64,000 nt of DNA from Phoronis australis (Eukaryota > Animalia > Phoronida): positions 630,971 to 694,970 of the forward strand of contig NMRA01000206.1 of the NCBI GenBank assembly GCA_002633005.1, written 5' to 3'. Numbering within the stretch: the stretch's first letter is position 1; each line of letters starts with the position of its first letter. Of the stretch, positions 14,172-27,911 are shown piece by piece. The notes beneath the pieces were generated by a model. The model was not told the origin of the DNA. It was given only the letters and a program-made list of their open reading frames with translations, and did no database searches. Made by a program: the position numbers and the translations under genes.

Positions 14172-16015
14172 GCGTAAACGAAGGGCTACTACCGAACTAT
14201 TCTGATACAATATAAAAACAATACAATAGACGAATTGCCCTCCCACGCTGTAAAACCTCTCTGAATTCCTCCGAAGATTTTTTTACGATTGTGCTGCATG
14301 CGGTTTCTGTAATACGTTTCATAGCAGCCCTTGTAGTTCAAGACAGGAATAGATAACGCATATTGCAAGAGCAATGTACACTCAATGAGTCAAGTTCCGT
14401 GGCTGAGAAGAGTACACCTGTTTATGATTATATATACGTATGTTTACCTTGCCTTCAGGTGATCATTCGCCACGGGAGTATAGCGGCACACTGGCGCGTG
14501 ATGCCGCTAGTCACGTTTTGTTAGGAGTTATGGCTTTATAGTTGAATTTATCTATTAAGAGTTGTTTTGGTAATTTGCCTACAACCGTGATTGAGCCAGA
14601 CATAACGCTTCACACCATGGCGATGGTCACAAAAATTCAAGTCGCGCAATAGCGCAAGTTTATTTACACGTAATTTTGCTATGTTTGATAGGTACGTATT
14701 ATTTTTTGGAGTACTGATCCGCTTCATTCCTCGTTTTATGAAACTCTGACCATGTTTAATTCGCCAATTAAACGCCCAATATAACTTGAATCCCTATTTC
14801 GTCATTTCCTGCCACGCACGCGTACATGTAGTCCTAACGGAGTGAGACCGGACGTACATGCAATACAAATTGAGTAAGGCCGGGCGTACACACAGTCCTA
14901 TAATGGAGTTACTCCGGTTTAAGTGATACAGTAAACACTACTTCCTCTCTTAGCCCACAACAATAGTATATTGTAGTTCTTAATTCAATGTCGTGTCGAA
15001 TATCCCACATGTCAATAACAACGCATTTTTATGAATCTTGTGAATTCCAATGCAGCGTTACCTTGCGGAACTATGCATGCAGAAGCGTTGCAACGGAAAA
15101 AGAAACACGCTGAGCTTTTGGCAAACACGATACAGGCAGCATACACGAACAATATCTGAGCAATTGAATATAATGATTCAAATGCTGTCTGTCAAAGGTC
15201 TTGCTCAATGTTGGGTTTACACTTTAAAGCCGGCTCGCATTGTCTAGTATCCGTTATACATTACTAATTTGGAACAAGTTGGTGGTTCGGTGGCGAGAAA
15301 ACCGGATGACCAAGCTGGATCGGGAAGTTTTGAAGGAAAATTGATTGACATAGTGAAATACTGAGTGAAATAATGTAACCGTTGAGAAGTCTGGACAATT
15401 GCTACTTCTAACGACAGGCAATCTCCAACGACATTATTATCGTTAAATATATTCAAAACATGCATTTACTCCATGACTCGTGAGTACGCTGCTGAACATC
15501 ATGTCAGACTTGTGAAATTTAGATGATTTACAAGTTCTTCATTTTGAAACTTGCGTCACCAAAACAACACTTAACGACAATAGTCATTCACAGTAGTGCC
15601 AGCTGTTGAACAACAGATCACCGTATCGCTACTAAGCCTGGTGGCGAAATATTCAAAAGCGTCGGATAGGAAATAAAACGATCAAGATTTGCGCATAAGA
15701 TTCGCGCAATAAGGCGGTGGCCGCATACATTTGTACATGTACATGTAAGTAACTAGTTCTGGAATTGAGGTCGTATATTTCTTAGTGTCCTGTGGTAAAG
15801 CGCCTATATAACCCGGGTGTTTCAGTTAAAGCAACACAATATTTGTTTTAAAATCGGAGTTAATTTTGGATATTTTTTAACTCACGAAGAAAGTTATCCG
15901 ATACCATCTATACATCTCACTCGTAACCTATTCAATTTGGACGCTTTCGAGAGCGATTACGTATAATGCAAAAATGTTGTGCGCACTTTAATATTTTCTT
16001 CTTGTCATACACCTA

Positions 16016-16108
16016 TTAACCTGAGCGCAGCACAGTAATTAATAATTTATGTATCTCTGATGCTGCGCGTGTGACGAACCAAGGACGACAAAGCGCGCAA
16101 ATTGACCT
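16016..16108 (-). CDS. Probable second exon of the same protein (RSICALCRPWFVTRAASEIHKLLITVLRSG*)
   Basis: Acceptor tttgtttttgatgaatttcag|AGG TCA; phase 0 matches the upstream donor; contains a CxxC. May instead splice onward at CAG|gttaat. Confidence 0.4.
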   Translation of the reverse strand, partial: RSICALCRPWFVTRAASEIHKLLITVLRSG

Positions 16109-16361
16109 CTGAAATTCATCAAAAACAAATTTGCCGTTTGTTTCAAAACCGTCAAACCTGCGCACTAGTAGTTTATTACGGAAACTAATGTAAATTCCAT
16201 CAGCCGGATACGTCATTATTTGTTTATCGTGGGTGTCGCTGACCCTGTTATCGTTTCAGCTACTACACGACGTCATCGTTACTGCACTCCTTCCCTATAT
16301 ACAATATTAGTTTCATACTCATCCAAAATGCCCTGTATAAATACATAGCAACTCGTCTTAC

Positions 16362-16772
16362 CTTTTCTGGCTTCTTCATTATCTCGTCTTTTAAGAGACC
16401 AGGCACTCCTGATGACTTTGTTTGTGATGGCGTGCCAGATACGGGCACTGGGTAGGGGCTAGGACCAGGCTTGTGTTTGTTTTTCCCGCGTAGCTGAGCG
16501 ACTGTGTTCTGCATCACAACGTCTCGCAAAGATATAACGGCATTGATGAGTCTTTCAGAGGGGTCTATGTTAATCAGAGTCACATCTTTTCGACCGTTGC
16601 GGTCTTTACACTCATCCGAGCTGGGAGCGTCGTAAAAGTCTTCCAACTGAATATCGTAACATCCGTCGGAGTCCTCCGAAGGCGCATAGTGGTGGGGTGC
16701 ATAAGTTTCTTGTATCAGAGCGTGCATTAACTCGCTTTGAATTAACTGACTTTGTTGGCCGGCCTCAAACAT
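16362..16772 (-). CDS. Probable first coding exon of an uncharacterised protein (MFEAGQQSQLIQSELMHALIQ...KHKPGPSPYP...LKDEIMKKPEK)
   Basis: Lies in the longest ORF of the window (16263-16838), with protein-like composition (acidic patch, basic/Pro-rich patch). Strong phase-0 donor GAAAAG|gtaaga at 16362/16361. No family recognised. Confidence 0.5.
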
Positions 16773-17869
16773 GAGATGGTGAGCGATGATCAAGTTCGAC
16801 TGAGAATTCCGGCTGATGGCACTGACTGCTGCAGACACTGTACACGTCTTTTACTGTACTATTTTTGTTGCGTATGTTGACCTGCGCATGCTCGAATTAG
16901 CCCATAATAGCTTCTCGATCACTAGCACTGTTCCGTTGAAATGTTGTCAGAGTCAGCTGATTCGTGGCCTAATGCTCTTAAGGATGACATGAAGCAAGTT
17001 AATGACCCTGGTGTTTCTTATTACTAGACAACTTTAACACGTTAACTAAACATTTCTCTAATTCTAAGTGATATGTGCATCAACGTAGTCTTCGATCTTC
17101 TGATATCGTGATTCGGTCCAGAGATTTACCGCTGTTCTCACAACCGATGTAGGGTTGTGTTGCACACTGTTAATAGCTCGTTATTTCAAGCTCATTTAGT
17201 GTGAAGCCCATAATTTCACGTTATACCGACGCTGCAATATCTAAATGCATCTCATAGTCCGGAATTAGGCCATCTTAAGAACATAACGTAAGATATCCAA
17301 ACTTGAGTAGTTTCACCTGTTTAATTATATGTCTATAGTTAACCGGGGCTAACGTAACATATATCCAGAACTCTTCGGAAGATACACGGAGAAATTTGTT
17401 AACGAGCCCGTACAGATTTCGTAACGATAACTCCGTTCACCATAACGATCTGTTCTAAATATGCCCCGGTGAACTGTGCTGATCGGCTACTGCACTCAAA
17501 TGCACTTTTATGCCCAGTTCTGTACAGGCAGTGAGTGGGGGGGAGGGATTACGCAACTGTAATGCACGTTAAGTTATGTCTTGAAAGTTATGTGGGGCGT
17601 CTTGAAAAATTCCAATGGCTATGAACCTCGGAACATAAAATTCCAGAAATGGTTGATCGGTTTCATATCACGTATCAGGTATCACGTTTCAAGCACTGTT
17701 CTCCATGACGCTGTTAGGAAGTGCTCTTAAAATATTCTACTTATGCATTATGGGCTATCAAAAATGGGACTTTCACTAATTTTAATTGCATTAAAAAGAA
17801 AACGAAATAATAATTTTGAAAAGTATAACAGAATTTGTGAGATTCCATCTTGAAGATTTATAACAAACC

Positions 17870-19500
17870 AAATTTGGTCATGTTTTTTTCTTCTTTATGT
17901 TTGTTTGAGTACAACCATAATTTACATCAAAGTAACACGTAACGAGATAACAATCGTATAATACAGTTAGAAAAAACAACAAAGACAACAAATATGTCAT
18001 TCACGCCACATGGAAACCTCACACTCGAACTGTGGTCAGATAGGAGACCTTTTAGCTAAAGAATGAAGACGACCTATTATAAAATTCAATAAATTTACGG
18101 TTTTTATAAAAAAAACTAATTTTTCAACTTTAAAATAATCTAGAATTTTTATTCTAGTCAATCTAAACTGGGGAGTAAATTCTTTAGACAGGATTCGTAG
18201 ATTTTCCTACCATTTTGCCCTGGGGAAATATTTGAGTGGTTTTCCGCCTGCTTTCAGATTTTGATTTTTTTATAGTAACCGTTAATTAAGTGAGTGTAAG
18301 TCTTAAATTTAAATACTCAATAAATAAGACCTTTTTTTTCAAATCCTTAAAAGGGATTGAGGAAACATGACAAACTAACAAACACAATAATAATTAACAA
18401 GAAACAATTTTGTTATAGATTTTACAATTCCATAAAACTCACAAAAGTTTTATCAGACAGAAATTCACCACCCTCTACAAGATCATATACCTAGATGACT
18501 CCTGTCTCATACCATCGTTTGAAACAAGTAACATTGCACCCAAAAGGAAATTGTGGGTTATACCATAACGGCTCAGACACAATACCACGTCTTTCGGATT
18601 TGATTTTGGAGATAACCTCACAGGCGTGTAGGAACACCTCCTTCCAAAAGAGGATACTTACCTTTTTTCGCAGGAAATATGAAAATGGAAATACCAAAGT
18701 GCAACAAATTGCGTGTCTTCAAAAATTGATTTAAAAAAACAAGTCGTTGCCACGATCTTTCTTTGTTAAGAATTATTTTTGGTCCATGAAAACTTTGAAG
18801 TCTTAAGGAAGGAAACAACACGTAATTACATTTTACAACCTTTAATTGAGAAATCCCGTACCATTTTTGTTATTTTATTCTATAAATCTTACCTTGCCAA
18901 ATAACATCGAAAAATATTTTTCTATTTTTTATTGTTTTCGATGATAGTGACGGGATAGAAATAAAATGAACAAATGATTTCAACACAGCTATTCTACCAA
19001 AAGTTGTTAAATGTCTTTTTGACCACACCATTAAATCAAAAGCTCCGTCTAAAATGTCCGAAACAGTTAAACTGAACTTTTGTCCTACTACAGAAAAATG
19101 AGATTTAGAACAAATAAGGTCAGTGTCTGGCTGTAAGCGATCGTGGCTGAAACGTTTACTATCAACCCAGACACAGATTTTTTTCTACACTGGATTTTAA
19201 ACCAAAGTATTTAAAGAATTGGTCCGACAACTTCATTAGATTTTTTGGACTCGTCGGAGCCATCAAGTATCAAAATCGTATCATCAGCATATTGAGCAAT
19301 TTTGCATTTCTGTACTGTCATATAATTTTATACTTTTGCTTCCATCATTTAGTCGAAATCACAAGGCTAAAATTTTTGCCCTCAGGATGAATATCATACA
19401 GTGATATTGGTCACATTTGCGGCAATTTCGTCCCATAATGAAGTATTCTGAATAAGCACATGTTGTAAGACACAGAGCCTAGATCCCTTATTTAAGCTTT
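17870..19500 (-). mobile_element. Decayed L1/Tx1-like LINE, reverse-transcriptase 3' portion
   Basis: Minus frame near 19255-19310 reads QKCKIAQYADDTILILDGS (RT YADD motif); EPLWYNP-type C-terminal segment at 18491-18697; many stops and frameshifts. Confidence 0.8.
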
Positions 19501-21439
19501 GCCATGTTACTGATACCGTTGTGTTGGTATGAATGTACTTTTCTTTTTTTGATAAACGTTTCTAAAACGACATAGTCACGTGACCCAATTATTGGCAGAG
19601 TGTTATTACCCTCCCTGTGTGCTGCTAGACGGTAGCCAGCGTGCTAGTTAGCACGCAGGGAACCAGGAAGGTTATTTCCGGGAGTTGTTGAAAAGGTCCT
19701 ACATAAACTTTAATAATTCATGACTACATTTTTTTTTCGACGTGCACGGATCGCGACAGACGGAAGACGACAGTTTGAAATGTACAGTTTCAGGAACACA
19801 CAATCAGTTTTCGATTTTCGGTATTAACTTTAGATACTCAATCAGTGTTCTGAAACAGCGCCATCTATACTGAAAAGTGGACCTACCTTTTGTAGCACTT
19901 TGAAAGATGGTATTTTCACCCCAGTTGACTATTCTAACTGCGCTCTTGCCGCCTGTTGCAGATTCACAAAACTAAAGCGAAGCAATTTGTGAAGTATTAT
20001 GTGAAAATATATTAAAGTTGCAAGAAGTACACACAAAAGTGAATGTAACCAGCTACATATCTAGCAGGGGCCAAAACAGGAAAGACACAGAGCAAAATAA
20101 ACAAATAATTTAATTTATACATTTTCATCATAGGTAATTAATAACATTTCAATTTTTACTAACTTTTGGATTACATCTGAATTTCGGTGCGTTAAATACA
20201 TTCCTTAGACTTGAATACAGTGTTCAAATACATACAAAACGAAACTCGTCATCTATATTTTTTCTCAGAGCAAAATGGATAAAGCCGAAACTGTAGGTGA
20301 ATATGAGTGCTTCGCCCAGACTCTAATTTATGATTTTATAAACTGAGTCGTGTCATAGCGCAAATTAGATGGTAAATCCAATGCCAAATCACCCTCAAAT
20401 AAAATCTAATTTGATGATAGTCTATGTATCAAGCGTTGTACTATTACTAATATCCGATTGTTATTCTTGCAAATAACAGTCCTTATAAGTTATGTAGGAC
20501 TTTAGAAAAGTTCCAGTTTTGGCCAACTTCGGAACATCATATCTCAGAAATGGCTGATTGAATTCAAATGAAGTTTTCAGATGCAATGCTTTATATACTG
20601 TAAGCGGGGATACACATGTATTTAAATTAGTGTCATTTTGATGAAAAAGGTTTAAAGTTGCATAAAACGAAAGCGACAATATAATTTAGAAAACTGTAGC
20701 GGGGCTTTTGAGATTTTATCTTGGCGGATCCAGGATTTTGAGTTAGGGGGGCCAGGGCAGAGTATTAGCCAGAATTTTGCCTGTCAGACATTCGCGGCAC
20801 CCCCGTACTGCCAAATGGAATCTGGGAGAACTTTAGGTGAGGGGGGCATGGCCCCCTTGGCCCCCCATTAAATTCGCCACTGATATAATTCGAAGTTTGA
20901 TCCTGCTGGTTTGCTAAATGTCGATGAGGCACTACATAACCATAATCATTTTTGTCACAGTCAACACCATGATGGAACCACACCATTCAAAAACATGACG
21001 GCACAGTGACAATCTAATTGCTGCACCCATGCAATCTTAGTACAAACATCCAGCTCGAATAGCATGTTATACACAGCTTTACGAAATCTTATATGAGGTA
21101 ACGCGACCAGTTATAATCAATATTTTGTACATATTACGTCACGCTTGATAAACAATAGCAATCCATCACACTATCAAAAGACAGCACTGATGTTCGTTGA
21201 ACTACCAACACCTAAAATTTGTTTGCGGAAGTCCTAGTGAATCTTTTCTATACATGTACACTCTTTGAAACCGCAAATTTCGGCACTATATCTCAGTATA
21301 GAGGAAAAAATATTTGATCAAAAAATTTCAAAAGCATTAGACAGCAGCAGGCGGTCACAAGCATATGTAGGTTTATTCAGTATCAATAATGTCTGTTGAG
21401 CTAGGGTTCAATTGACTTGAAACCATGGCAATTTTGGTC

Positions 21440-23520
21440 TCAAACATTCACCGAGATATTTGTTGCAGGATAGCTTTGGCAAAGTTAATCGTCATGCCTC
21501 AATGCAAACAATATTTAAGTAAGATATTAATTTGTAACTTGTAATTTCTTAGCTGTCAACGCACATTCGGCTAGGTCATCTGCACCCAAGAGGAGCACAC
21601 TTATTTAAGGGCTACCATTATTCGCAAGCAGGCATCCTGTCTCGTACCCCGACAGTTGTTAAAAGCTCAGTTTGGCCTTCGTTAGATCTGACAGAGGATC
21701 TCAATAGGATGTACTCTGATTTTAACACACTCAATGTTTTGACATGCATTCCTATTGTTTTGGTGTCTTTAGCACAAAAAGTATGGGGATCATATCGAAC
21801 GCTTTGGAGATCTTCACACAGCAGCAACAAAGTCTGCCTCTAGATTTTTTAATGTATTCTGAACTAATCCCTGTAAAATAAATATAGGACAAATGATCAA
21901 AAGCCCTTCCCAAAACGAGCTTGGTTCTCATACAACAATTCGTTTTCCTCAGCCCAGGTTCTTAAACGATTATTGACATCTTTTGTAAATTTGTAAATAA
22001 CTTCCTTACAACTGATAAAAGTAATATTTCACTATAATTATTAACATCGTTTACTGAGCCTTGCTTAAAAAGTGGGCAGATGACAGTATCTCACCAGATC
22101 TGGGAAGTTCACTATTATACAGTAAAGAATTAAATATCTTAGTGTTCATAGAGGGGTTATAACATTACGGGTATCGTCAAACATTTCAAAAACCAGAGCA
22201 TCTAAATATACAGCTTTACCATTAGAAGAATGCTTGATTTCTTTCAGCAGATCTTGCGAACATCCAAAGCAATCAATAGAATGCGCTTACATTTCCTCAT
22301 TGATAGTCTCAAATAAACCGCTTTGACTGGAATTGTCAGCCAAAAATACCAACTAAAAATAATCATTCAGCCGTTATGGGGTCGTTGAACAATTTTTGAC
22401 TTATTACCAAGATACTATTGATCAATTTCCCAAAATTCCTTTGGATCATGTGCACTGGCAGTGGTGAACTTTATTCTATTCTGTTTGATATTAGCATTTA
22501 GTTTTCTGTTAAACCTGCTTTTAAAGTAAGAACAACACCTTTTATTCAACTTTTCTGTTCTCCTATTTTGACAAAATCCTCTAAGCACTTGTTGCCGCGG
22601 ATCTTTTGTTTTTCTAATTCAGGGTCCCACAATGCAGGCTGAGAGATTTGATTCGTTTTCGTGTAATTCGTGTATTAACCATATTTGCAGCACTTGGCAT
22701 AGTCTAAGTAAATCCACGACTAGCTGATTCAATATAATTATTAGATTATTGATACTATCTAACGAGCTGTGCATAACATTGGACCCTTTATCTACGAAAC
22801 CCTTGCACTCCTGCGATTTCCGTACAACCCGACTACAACTGCTCCCTCTGGTGGCCACAGGGCAACCAGTCGTCAGTGTCGAACCTACTTCGAGACAATT
22901 AGCAAAAGAGCAACTTATTGGCAGGTTGTCCGATTCATCCCAGGCATCAACAATAGGGTCTATAACATTATTTTGTAAATAGGTCAGCAGATATAAACAC
23001 ATAATCGACTATATATCACATCCGCACAGTGTAACATGTGAATTATCCTTCAACGTCACTCAGGAACCTGCCACTTGTACAGTGTAAGTCAAATTCAAAA
23101 CATAGATGAATGAGTGGTTCACCTAGCTCATTATATTTTGAAACTTTACTAGCCCTTGCGGGATTAAACGAATCTAATTCGTGACAATTGTTAGCTATAG
23201 AATCAGTAGAATCTATAACAATATTATAAGCTATGGTGCCAGTTCTTGTGTTTAAATTTCCCGCAATTAGAAATGATTTAGCTCGAAGACTTCCAATGTA
23301 TTCTCTGAGATTTACAATACCATTATCATCTATACGATTACCATAGATGCGTACGCCCTGTGGCGGAATATAAACAAAAAATAGTGCGTCTTTATTAGAG
23401 GCAAACGATAATTTCTTACAAAGCAGAGTCATCCTAAAGTCAAATTTTTGCTTAACTCGTTAACATAAGTATTCATGATATTACACCTCCAGGCTACTAT
23501 GTTTGCTACAATTAGCATAA
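21440..23520 (-). mobile_element. Decayed LINE with AP-endonuclease and RT remnants (CR1/L2/Crack/RTEX-type; clade uncertain)
   Basis: VYIPP...FLIAGNLNTRTG...SGRFLSDVEG (APE GDxNARTG and NGR motifs) at 23043-23432; GVR.. and ISVLLLGADDLA (decayed YADD) near 21570-21660. Confidence 0.75.
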
Positions 23521-23899
23521 CAGACGCTAAATGATTTGTACCGACGAAGCAACATTAGTATTCGTACAGCATTGAGGAGACACATGTACAATTGTAATTT
23601 CCTTTACACGAGAGTACGCGCATAGCTGCCAAATGTCGCTTCAGACATGCGGGTAAGTCACGCTGTATTTGTCTCTAGGTAGGGTCGAAATCGAAACCAG
23701 ACAATATTCAATTTAATATTTTGGGGAAGATTAGATTGTAAGATTTTGTCGAAATTATCATTAAAATTATTTCATAACGCCACATTTTACTCTGTTCAGG
23801 TGGCTAAAAATCGAACAAAGCCTTGTAAGGCTTGTACTCTCATAAAATCGCTCTGATAATATGTCTTAAATTGATAGGATTTTGTTTGCGTTTCGAACA

Positions 23900-24560
23900 A
23901 GTTCACTGGAACGATCAGCGACTCAAAAATGATTTAGATTTTACCGGGTTTCGCCAACACTAAAAATGCGAATTCGAAGAAACCCCATGTAATCTAATCT
24001 CTCACCGCAGGTTGGGTTCATTGCAACAAGGCACCGAGCAGAGTAAGACATTTTGAATTTGTTCCCGTTCATCTTGCTTTTATTTCCGCATACTACGGGA
24101 AGGATTCTGGATGGACCCTGCAATGTCTTATTAGAATCTTAAGGTTCTTTAAATTACCATTTATCTTGTTCTGACAAGTGACTACCCTTTTCAGCATCAT
24201 CAAACCTTACTTTAGAGCACTGCATATTACAATCGTTAATTATATATCTTCAAAATGAGAAAATACAAAGAATAGCGTCTTCGATAGAAAGTGTCTAAGC
24301 TCCACGGACATGAGTGTGACGTACAGACGTACATATACCCAGTGAGTACGTCAAGTCCACCAACACGCACGTTTCTTGTACAAACATGTGCCATATCCGC
24401 GCTTGTCCTATCTTCAGCGGGAAAGTGAAAAGAGCCACAGGTCCAAAAGTCGTGAACGCAAGCACTTAGACGGTTTGTTGGCGTACCCACCGATCTTTTT
24501 CAGTAACTTATGATGTGGTGTAGTAAACATGATTAAATCCTCACAAATGCTCAACTGTAC
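23900..24560 (-). mobile_element. Heavily decayed THAP-transposase-like remnant
   Basis: FHFPAED...(frameshift)WHMFV...YVCTSH resembles THAP FPxD...W...CxxH. Weak. Confidence 0.3.
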
Positions 24561-26495
24561 TCACAGCTAAAACTCGTTTTCAATCCATAGGCAGAGTTTA
24601 TGGAAGAAAAGTGAAAAAGACGGCCATTTTTTTTCGAGGCACTAATGTCGTGACCGTGTCGCCCTCTTTCTTTTAGACGGGAAAACAGAATAAGGCCAAT
24701 CAAAATTGTGTTTTTTGTAAACAACAATTTTAGAAAAGAGAAAAGACCATTTGTATTTGTGAATAATCAAGTTTTAATTAGGCCAAATCTGAACATTATT
24801 TGGTTATGAACAAATGTTTTGAAAATACGCAAAAATGCATTTAGTAAAATAAGCTATTTTAAGTATAATTTTTGAAAACAAACTCTCAACACTGTTTTGC
24901 TTCGCATTCTGAAGAGCTACGTGTCTCGGTACTCTTTTGATAATAAAAGCAGAAGATTGCCGGTTCCACGCTAAGTGTCGCGAGACCTCGCAGAAGCAGA
25001 AACAAGATGATTCACGACTGGGGCCTGTCCGACTTTAATGCCTTGGTTGGTACTACAAACTAAGGGAAAACGAGCAGCAATATCTTACTACTTTTCTCAC
25101 TAAACACAATGAAGAATGACTAGTGCTGTGAGTGGTTGCCTCAATCACACTGTTTAACGACCAATAAATGCTCGTAACTAGAGATCGGCTAGTTCACGTG
25201 TCGTCAGCCGGTTGTCAGTTCTAATTCCCTTGACAACTGGTGGTCAAGTGACGTTGCTTTTTGGTGTTTTTGATATGAAACTGGTGAATATAAGGTCTTT
25301 AAGCAACTTCACCAGATATGATATATTGGTTAATGAGCTCAGTGCCGGATTAAGTTTACACGGGGCCACGATTGTTACATCACAATTTGTTTTCCCACGG
25401 CCTCCACGATTTTCCAGAAACAATGTCGACAAACGCCCGTTGAAAAAACGTCGAAGGTTCTATCGCCGTGCAATTCGGGACCTTCATATTATCAGATGAC
25501 ATGTAACGTGACTAAATGTATTTCAAAAACAGTTACATCGAGAGCGCGCACGCATGTCTTGCGAGCAGTGAGAAGTTGGACGCACACACACGTATGCGAG
25601 GCAGCATCGTTTACATGAAATAGCTGGAGACGATGCAGTAAGCGATAACTAATATAATCTCCGAACAGAATGCAATCCATTCTGCTCTGCATGCGATTAT
25701 GCACAGCCAAATTGTTGTTGCATCGTGTGCGGTTGGATTTTAAATGAATCAGTAGTAATATCGCCCCACTTTCAGAACCGTGCATGTGAGTGTCTTGTTA
25801 CTATCGCCTTCGGCAAATGTGAGCCTGAAAGTTTAGAATGCATTTTTATGGTTATAAAGAATTCCGTAAATTTCTGTCCGAAGCATTGTACACGTACCGT
25901 TTATCGCTGAGTATTCGGTAGAATAAATATCAAAGCGAAGGCTCTGATTAGAGTCTTGATAATTTGTAAGAAATGTACATATTCTGTTGAAATAAGATTT
26001 ACTACTCCGAATATTTAAGATTTTAATAAAGTTCCTCAATATAAAATCGACTTTCATAGTTTTTTGTATATCAATTAAAAAATATTTGGTGTTGACTATT
26101 CTACATAGCCCTCTGGAAACTAGGTCTCAAGCTCATCGCGTGGATGTCGATAGATAGGTTTATCCACTGTTCACTTTGTTTTTCTTTCTTATGATAAACA
26201 TTAATGGCAAGCATTTGCTGGTAACACGCTGATGTGCGCCCAAGGTACGATATCCATGCGACCTGTACTGTCATGTCCAACAAAGACACAACAAGGAAAA
26301 CAATAGAAGTGGTCTATAGGCGATAACCTTACGACGCGCGTACGCCCGTGGCATGGATCTCGCAAATTAAAAAATACCTTGCATTCTCCATATGACGTCA
26401 TGTGGTATGAGAATGTTTTATCTGGCTGATATTTTTTTCTAAGCTATTACCAATATTGAACGAACCACTAATTTCACAAATGATGGATACACGAC

Positions 26496-26738
26496 ATGCG
26501 CGCACCCAGCCTTTAATATGGGGGGCTCGAATTTCTGGCGATGTGAATCTTTTGCTGACAATAAAGCGGGAGGAGTAAAAAAACGGGGTACCACGTTCAC
26601 TGTGCGTCTGTGCCTTTTTAGTGGATTATCGTCCCGTTTTCTCGGACTTTTTGTTTCTCTGAAGCTGACCTTTTTGCCCACTTCGCCAATTGGGAGGCTC
26701 ATTCGAGCCTCCCGATCTCCCCTGGGTGCGCTCACATG
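26496..26738. mobile_element. CATG-ended MITE with 5-bp TSD; second copy ~57897-58137
   Basis: cacga|CATGCGCGCACCCAG...CTGGGTGCGCTCACATG|cacga, and cacgg|CATG...CATG|cacgg in the second copy. Absent at the homologous site in duplicate unit 2 (~28805). Confidence 0.8.
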
Positions 26739-27736
26739 CACGAATGTGTATGCGAACATGAATTTTATTTGAAGTGTTTTGTTCCTTATTTAGCATTAAA
26801 AACACGTGCTCGTCATGGTTTGTGTGTAAGTAGTGAGTAAGAAAGTTCCTGTTTAAATAACGGAAATAAGTGCTTAACACAGCAGATCTTTTTGTCTATT
26901 AATTTGCATGGTTTTTCAGTTTAATTCAAACCAACCCCTGATTAAATTTGTACAAAGAAGGGCCACGAGCAAGTATTTTCCTTTTCGTAAAACGCATAAT
27001 GGAAATAAGGGCTTTCCATCGGAACAAGTTACTATTTGAATGCTAGGCATAACTGTTGTCATTCTATCAATACAAAAATAAACATCATGAGCAATAACAA
27101 TTTTGAACCAACAAAGCCTGTATATTGTTGCAAAACGAAAAGGTACAATTCAGTCTAAAAATTCAAATTATTGGTCAAAAATGAACTTTTTAATTCGACT
27201 TCCGGAGCAAATCCGGTTCATGCAAATTTATTCTTTTAAGTGGTACTCTTTCGGAAGCAAACAGAAATCTTTTTTAAAGCGTAATTTGTCTTAAATATTA
27301 GATTTTTGTACGACATTTTCCGAGCCCCATTTTGGGGCATTTTTAATTTCCTACCACTATTTAAGAAAACCCTACTTTTTAAATAGTTGAGTGCCACGTC
27401 TCCAGCCTCCTCGTGTCTACACTGTAGACAGCCCCAACACAGTTGTACTTTCCACCCACGTAAATAAACTCACCCTAGACTATCTCTCTTTAAAATATAA
27501 CGTTGTTCACACTATACATAAACAAAAATGGCAATCTCTAAAATGAAGGTGCAGAACGAGAGCAAAGCAGTTAGCAACCGGGAACTTGTCATACGTCCCA
27601 GAAAATGTAATACACTGATCAAGTAATGAACTTTTTCTTAGAATGAGATTTTTGGCTGTTTGTCATAAATTCCTCTATTGAGGCAAATGAACATTCGTTT
27701 TTAAACTTAAAAGAACCTCCATAACCATCTTCCTGT

Positions 27737-27911
27737 TCATTTCTTTTTCCCGTTCCACTTCTTCATCATTTCCTCTAACGCCTGTTGCCAATCCGTTTGT
27801 CGAGTTCTAGCAATATCCCTGGCTGTCTTGGTGGTTTCGTCCGCTCCAACATTTTCGTGCTGGAGACCAACGTCGCGAACGGCTTGATTTTCTTGGTCAG
27901 CCAATGTAACT
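27737..27911 (-). CDS. Terminal exon A of peptide precursor: (E)VTLADQENQAVRDVGLQHENVGADETTKTARDIARTRQTDWQQALEEMMKKWNGKKK*
   Basis: Acceptor ttatcttcttttttgaag|A GTT ACA TTG; intact frame paralogous to exon B. It sits in a tandem duplicate that lacks its own signal exon. The poly(A) signal position reads AATAGA (27674-27679). Confidence 0.6.

Noticed and set aside
12952-14215. Twin ORFs MSRNIATVFICLFVMSLGVLLH... that look like signal-peptide genes
   Set aside because: They are the two arms of one inverted repeat; the similarity is explained by the foldback element and ends with it.
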